From assembly GCA_965218585.1 (NCBI GenBank), contig CBDCLE010000026.1:160001-224000 (forward strand): a stretch of DNA of 64,000 bases. The letters run 5' to 3'. Under the pieces are notes generated by a model. That model saw nothing but the letters and a program-made list of their open reading frames with translations, had not been told where the DNA came from and did no database searches. Numbering within the stretch: the first letter of the stretch is position 1; each line of letters begins with the position of its first letter. A program made the position numbers and the translations under genes. Origin of the DNA: Terriglobia bacterium (GTDB taxonomy: Bacteria; Acidobacteriota; Terriglobia; 20CM-2-55-15). Shown piece after piece: positions 59,163-64,000 of the stretch.

Positions 59163-60074
59163 CTAGTCTCCAGCCATTTGGAAACAGCTTTCGTGAAACG
59201 ACATGATCTGGTCTCCGACTTCCTCATAGAACGCGACAGGGTCATGCGGGGCGTCGGGAATGATCAAACTCTTGAACGGAATGTCGAGGGACTCGAGATG
59301 GTCCATCCACTCGAGGTTGGCCTCGTAGTTCATGTCATCTGTGCCAACAGCCACAAGTATCTGGACTCGTGTATCGCTGCTCCTGGCAGCGTATTTTTCT
59401 GCGAGGTCCCAGGAGTTATCCCCCACCGCAACCACGATACCCGTCGTGATCCCTGCCAGGCGGCCCTCGTTCTCCGCCGCAATCTTTTCATGCTGGTGAC
59501 CACCCGAAAGGGGTGCTGCTGAGCAGAAGAGTTCCGGATATTTGAACATGTCCCGGGCTGCCCCGCGGGCGCCGGCGGAGAACCCTTCGATGCCGCGACC
59601 CGCGCGGCCGGCTATCGTCCGGTACCTGGCATCAACATGAGGAATAAGCTCGCGCACAAAAGTCGTCTCACTCATTCCCCGCTCATGGTCATAGTTGCTC
59701 ACGGGCCCGCCGTTGGGAAACACGTAGATCATCGGACCAACGTCGCCGGATTGAATCCAGGCATCGATCAGGCTCGCCATGTCCTGGCGCGCTGGATTGA
59801 GCATCCGTCCTTCGTTGCCCTCGAACCCTCCGTGGTGGAAATAGACGACAGGATATCGCCGTTCCGAGTTGGCCGGATCTTCATAGCCGGGCGGCAGGTA
59901 TATCGCATATCCAACATCAATACCCATGACCGCGCTGTGGTAGGTGCTGTGGTGAACTCTCTCGTGTGCTCCGGCCGGCAGCGGGTTCACCCAATGGTGT
60001 TCGGGCAATTGCGCTTCGGCCGTAGAGAGCTGGAGAGCGATAAGGAATCCAGAAAGAAAGGCTAGAGTCTTCAT
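59163..60074 (-). CDS. Secreted alpha/beta-hydrolase esterase (paralog)
   Basis: YPVVYFHHG; GFSAGA; signal peptide. Confidence 0.88.
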   Translation of the reverse strand: MKTLAFLSGFLIALQLSTAEAQLPEHHWVNPLPAGAHERVHHSTYHSAVMGIDVGYAIYLPPGYEDPANSERRYPVVYFHHGGFEGNEGRMLNPARQDMASLIDAWIQSGDVGPMIYVFPNGGPVSNYDHERGMSETTFVRELIPHVDARYRTIAGRAGRGIEGFSAGARGAARDMFKYPELFCSAAPLSGGHQHEKIAAENEGRLAGITTGIVVAVGDNSWDLAEKYAARSSDTRVQILVAVGTDDMNYEANLEWMDHLESLDIPFKSLIIPDAPHDPVAFYEEVGDQIMSFHESCFQMAGD

Positions 60075-60149
60075 TGGTTTTCTCCGAAAAGTTTTTGCGA
60101 TGCAACCTGCTCCCGCGCCGCATCGTATAGTCGAATCGGTGATTTCGTT

Positions 60150-60662
60150 CTACCTGGACACATGCCTTTCGAGATACTGGGCTACGAACGCTTCAAGCCC
60201 CTCGGAGTCCAGTCCCACTTCCCTCGCTTCGGCTTCGGCGTCGGGAACGTTCCAACCGTCCCGGATGACGCGGCGAACCATCCAGAGCGCGGCTACGCGC
60301 TGGGCCGACCCGCAGTGAATGAACATTGGCCGGTTTCGAGCGTCATCGGTTACCGCCAGGAATTCTTCGACCTGTTCGTTGGGGATGTTCGCTCCTGCTA
60401 TCGGTATGTTGAAGTAATTCATACCGAGTTGCCGGACGAGGGATTCTTCTGCGGCCGCGTCGTGTTCGCTGGGAACCCGCAAGTTTAGAACGGTGCGGAA
60501 CCCATCGGCTTTCAGGGTCTCGACCTGAGCCAGAGTTGGCTGACCCGCTGTGCAGAAATCCGCGTTCACTCGCAGAAAGTTTCGTATGGGTTCGTCCTGG
60601 GCCTGGCCAGTTGCACTGAACAGAAATACCCACGCAAATAAAACCGCAACTCCTCGCTTCAT
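60150..60662 (-). CDS. Secreted PTP-like / DUF442 protein
   Basis: AGQP, VLNLR and HCGSAQR (CX4R) motifs. Confidence 0.8.
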   Translation of the reverse strand: MKRGVAVLFAWVFLFSATGQAQDEPIRNFLRVNADFCTAGQPTLAQVETLKADGFRTVLNLRVPSEHDAAAEESLVRQLGMNYFNIPIAGANIPNEQVEEFLAVTDDARNRPMFIHCGSAQRVAALWMVRRVIRDGWNVPDAEAEAREVGLDSEGLEAFVAQYLERHVSR

Positions 60663-60722
60663 CTGAGCCTCCCTCAGCGTTTCGGTTAGAGACGCTGTCT
60701 TCTTCAACTGAAAATCTGTTGG

Positions 60723-61289
60723 CTACTTTCCCGGGACCATAACGTGGGCACTCACTGTGCCGGCCTGCATCAACCAGGGGCGATCATCTTCGCTTGGCTC
60801 GGTGCGCATCCCCGTTGTCTCTTCGGTTGCGTATGGGAGCATGACCACCATCATCCGGGTAGCGTTCTCACGGTCGCTGCCGTTGAGGCCGTAGCGCGCC
60901 TGACCCGCCTCGGGGCGAGGTAACTTACCTTGCTCCATCTCTTCGTTGCGGATCTGATCGCGTTCGTCCCGGCTTGCACCATCGGCGAGAAGTTGTACGC
61001 CCCTGAGCCAGTACTCCTCGACCTTTTCGTGCTGACAGACCACCGAGAAGCCGTTCTGCCTGGGATCATCGGCAACGCAGACCAGACCATTGGTCCCCTC
61101 GCGAAGTACCGTCCGGTTGTAGGCCGCGTCATAGGCGACGACGGCCGCGCCCGGTTGCAGGTCCGCCGGCAGCGGCAAGAGAGCACTGGCAATCTGCTGA
61201 TCGACGTCGCGCTCCTGACTGTAAGCAACTGGGGCCACACCGAAGTTGCACGCGAATACTAAAAACACCAGGATAAGAATTCTTCGCAT
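60723..61289 (-). CDS. Secreted hypothetical protein
   Basis: Signal peptide; LREGTNGLVC and PWLMQAGT..AHVM segments; GGAGG RBS. Confidence 0.75.
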   Translation of the reverse strand: MRRILILVFLVFACNFGVAPVAYSQERDVDQQIASALLPLPADLQPGAAVVAYDAAYNRTVLREGTNGLVCVADDPRQNGFSVVCQHEKVEEYWLRGVQLLADGASRDERDQIRNEEMEQGKLPRPEAGQARYGLNGSDRENATRMMVVMLPYATEETTGMRTEPSEDDRPWLMQAGTVSAHVMVPGK

Positions 61290-61382
61290 TGTTCTCCTCC
61301 GTCCGGCACACGCTGAACTCTCAGAAACTTTCAACGCACGCTGGGAGTCCGCTTTCCGAAAGCAGACGTTCAAACTCAAGCT

Positions 61383-62533
61383 TTAACGACTCTCGGTCGT
61401 GTTCACGCCGGCGGGTGCCGCAGCCATCAGCCTCCGCCAAAATTCCATGTCAAACGCGTCCTGTGCACTTTCATCGCCCGCAGTGACAGGTGGCGCATCG
61501 CCGATGCGGCTCACCACCAGTCGAAGGCTGGGCACCACATAGATCTTGCGCCCGAGGCCTCCCAGAGCCGCGATCAGATCATCGGGCGCGCCCGGGATCA
61601 GGGATCCTTCCTGCATCTCAGGATTCCGGCCAGCGTTAACCGTGGTGCCCCCGTTGAGCCACCAGAGGAGACCATAAGCCTCGTTAAACGGCTGTGAGGG
61701 ATTGAAGGCCTCCGAGTAGTAGTTTGGATCGCCGACGATATCTTCGCCGCGCCATATCCCGTCTGCCAGAACAAGTAGTCCAATGCGGGCAAGGTCCCGT
61801 GCAGAGGTTCTAAAGCCCATGGAGGCGGCACCTCGCCCCGTAGGCATCCATGTCCGGGCACCCCAGTCGCTGTGGCTCATGCCGATCCTGGAAGTCAGCC
61901 ATTGGGTGGTGTGTATTCGTTTACTGTCAGCCCGCTCGCGGCCTCCATTACGGCTACCAGCCGGGTATAGATGGGAGTGTTGTACCTCCACATTTCACCC
62001 GCCGGGGCTTCGAACTGGCCCTGTGGGGTGAGACCGCTCGTCATTGAAAGCAGATGACGAACGGTGATCCGGGCCTCTCGTTCGGTATCAGCTCGAGACC
62101 AACCTTCGCCAAGATAGTCAGTAACCGGGCGATCGAAGTCGAGCAGTCCCTTGCCACGTGCGATGCCAGCCAGCAACGACACGACGCTCTTCTGCAGCGA
62201 GGCGACGTCCTCGATCCGACGTCCATCGGCCGTGTGATCGACCACGAGGTTCGGGTAGTCTCCGGCATCAGCTGCCAGCGCCTCAGGTTCCCAGTGACCC
62301 TCGGCAAGAATGCGGCCACCAAAGAGCACCACGACATCGCTGGACCGCTGCTGCCTGGCGTAGGCGAGAGCCTCCCGAAGTCCTGCTCCGCTCCAGCCGG
62401 TATCGGCCGGGTCCACTCTCTGCCACTCGCCACTTGGGTCGGGAAAATAGTTTTCCTGCGCCAGGCTGGAGACAGCCAGCCCGAAAACCAGACTGGCCGC
62501 GAGCGCGGTCTTCCTGAAGCACGATCGTGTCAT
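61383..62533 (-). CDS. Serine hydrolase / beta-lactamase-family protein, frameshift at ~61905-61915
   Basis: SLQK (SxxK), HLLSMTSGL and YN in one frame; SARDLARIG and YGLLWW in the second frame. Confidence 0.82.
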
Positions 62534-62685
62534 TAGAGCCTCCCCCTGAGGGGTCCAAGGATAGCATGAGAACCGCTGTAGCCGGGTTGGCTTAGAGTGT
62601 CCGAGGGCTGTCGCAGGAGAGGCTTATCAGGGATCTCGACCAGGATGCGAGTGCTATAATTTTACTGCCCTTCCAGAGTTGAAAT

Positions 62686-62946
62686 ATGGACACACCCATG
62701 ACACCCGAAGAACGGTTCACCCGAATCGAGAACTTCCTGAACACGGTAGCGGAGCATCAGGCGCAGATGTCCGAAAATCTGCTCCGTCATGACACGGATA
62801 TTCTGGAACTACGAGAGATACAGAAGGGTATGGCGCTCGCTATAACTAAGGTTGCTGACGCGCAGAAGATCACAGAGCAGAGTCTGAAGGCGTTGACCAA
62901 AAAAATGGACAGGATTATTGGCAAGGAAGACAGTACGCCGTCGTAA
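62686..62946 (+). CDS. Small coiled-coil hypothetical protein
   Basis: Heptad-like 86-aa ORF with TGCTATAAT upstream. Confidence 0.6.
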   Translation: MDTPMTPEERFTRIENFLNTVAEHQAQMSENLLRHDTDILELREIQKGMALAITKVADAQKITEQSLKALTKKMDRIIGKEDSTPS

Positions 62947-63008
62947 TTAGGGTCGGGCCAGTCCCTCGCGCCATTGCCTGGTGTCCCCTTTTTCTTTACC
63001 GTCGTTCT

Positions 63009-64000
63009 CTACTGACCGGTTACAAGCCGGCGAATCGTCCCGTCCTGCTTGTTCAGAACAAACACCTGCCCATCGGGTCCCGTGCCGAAACGCAAATCGG
63101 CGCGGGAGGCCGGATCCTCTCCCTGTTCCCGATTCTTTGCCTGAATCAACTCGAGGAGCGTTCTGGCTTCCCCGCCGTCGTTGAGCAATACCCTCCGGAT
63201 TTCGTCCTGGCCGCCGTCAGGAAGATTGTCCGCGTCCAGATGGAAGATCTCACCGCTCGGCAGATCGCCAAACAGGATGCGGCCCTCTAACTCTGGGATC
63301 GCATCGCCGCGGTAAACGACAAGACCGATCGAAGCAGACTGGGACTGAAACAACGGATCCGGCTGGCCCCACTCCGCGATGGGATAGGTCACATTGGGAT
63401 CGCTGCGTGGACTCTCCAGACTCACTGCCTGTCGACTGATGAAAGCGAAGCTACCTTCCCAGGTGTTCCATCCGAGGTTGGCACCGCGTGTGACCGGACT
63501 GATTTCCTCGACGATGTTCTGGCCGATATCAGTAAAAAACATATTACCGTTCGCCGAATCCCAGGCGAAATTCTGCGGATTACGGACACCGTATGCATAG
63601 ATCTCGGCCAGCGTCCCATCGTCGCCATCGTTTGAAAACGGGTTGTCGTCCGGGATCCCATATTGTCCGTTGGCGCTGCCCGACCCGAGCGGGTCGATAC
63701 GGAAGATCTTGCCGAAGCCTGAACCGAGCTTTTGTGCGTTGAAGAGCGGATCGCCACCACTGCCGCCATCGGCGATCCCTACGTAGAGCAGACCGAAATC
63801 CCCCTCGCCCGGCGACGCCGTCGTATTGAATCCAATCTGACCGCCATTGTGGTTACCGAAAGGTTGCTCGAACCGGAACAGCTCCCGGGGTGAACCACCG
63901 TCGTAAGTCGTCCCGCCGGGCGTCATTGCAGTCCACTCCAGAAGAACTGTGTCGTGCGTGTCGTTGCCGCCTCCCGGGACAAAGTCGGGCTCCGGGGCGG
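63009..64000 (-). CDS. PQQ-dependent sugar dehydrogenase (GSDH beta-propeller), 5' end outside the window
   Basis: HNGGQI, DGGSGGDP, GKIFRID and YAYGVRNP motifs. Confidence 0.85.
   Translation of the reverse strand, partial: APEPDFVPGGGNDTHDTVLLEWTAMTPGGTTYDGGSPRELFRFEQPFGNHNGGQIGFNTTASPGEGDFGLLYVGIADGGSGGDPLFNAQKLGSGFGKIFRIDPLGSGSANGQYGIPDDNPFSNDGDDGTLAEIYAYGVRNPQNFAWDSANGNMFFTDIGQNIVEEISPVTRGANLGWNTWEGSFAFISRQAVSLESPRSDPNVTYPIAEWGQPDPLFQSQSASIGLVVYRGDAIPELEGRILFGDLPSGEIFHLDADNLPDGGQDEIRRVLLNDGGEARTLLELIQAKNREQGEDPASRADLRFGTGPDGQVFVLNKQDGTIRRLVTGQ

Noticed and set aside
62630-62660. GAGTGCTA as a CIRCE half-site
   Set aside because: No matching left arm at the 9-nt spacing; better read as an extended -10 box TGCTATAAT

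Overview
High-GC bacterial chromosome segment; gene style resembles Acidobacteriota, which is an inference. Bases 1-27.7 kb are housekeeping: infB-DUF503-rbfA-DHH-truB-rpsO-pnp, a UbiD-family decarboxylase, a prepilin, lepB-carA-carB, hrcA-grpE-dnaJ-prmA-rsmE (split by a MITE plus an IS5), a lipoate ligase, HtrA and an aminotransferase. A tmRNA gene (ssrA, 27786-28139) is the integration site of a ~27.8-kb island carrying a P4-like tyrosine integrase; its attR lies at ~55953-55968. The island is a decaying, IS-rich defence island. Its centrepiece is a Ubl-E2-JAB-E1 ubiquitin-like conjugation operon (Bil/ISG15-like) whose E2 seems to have Trp at the expected catalytic Cys position. This operon is transcribed divergently from an overlapping HTH + IrrE-peptidase (CapH/CapP-like) + exonuclease I-like operon. 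The island also holds a RosmerTA-like pair, MazEF, a duplicated relaxase-like module, a VirD4-like chimera with a candidate oriT, and a pentapeptide + MmeI-like + HEPN cassette. After attR come PhoD and a run of secreted hydrolases. Several small frameshifts fall in short repeats and may be sequencing errors. All family calls are by eye from motifs; no database searches were run.
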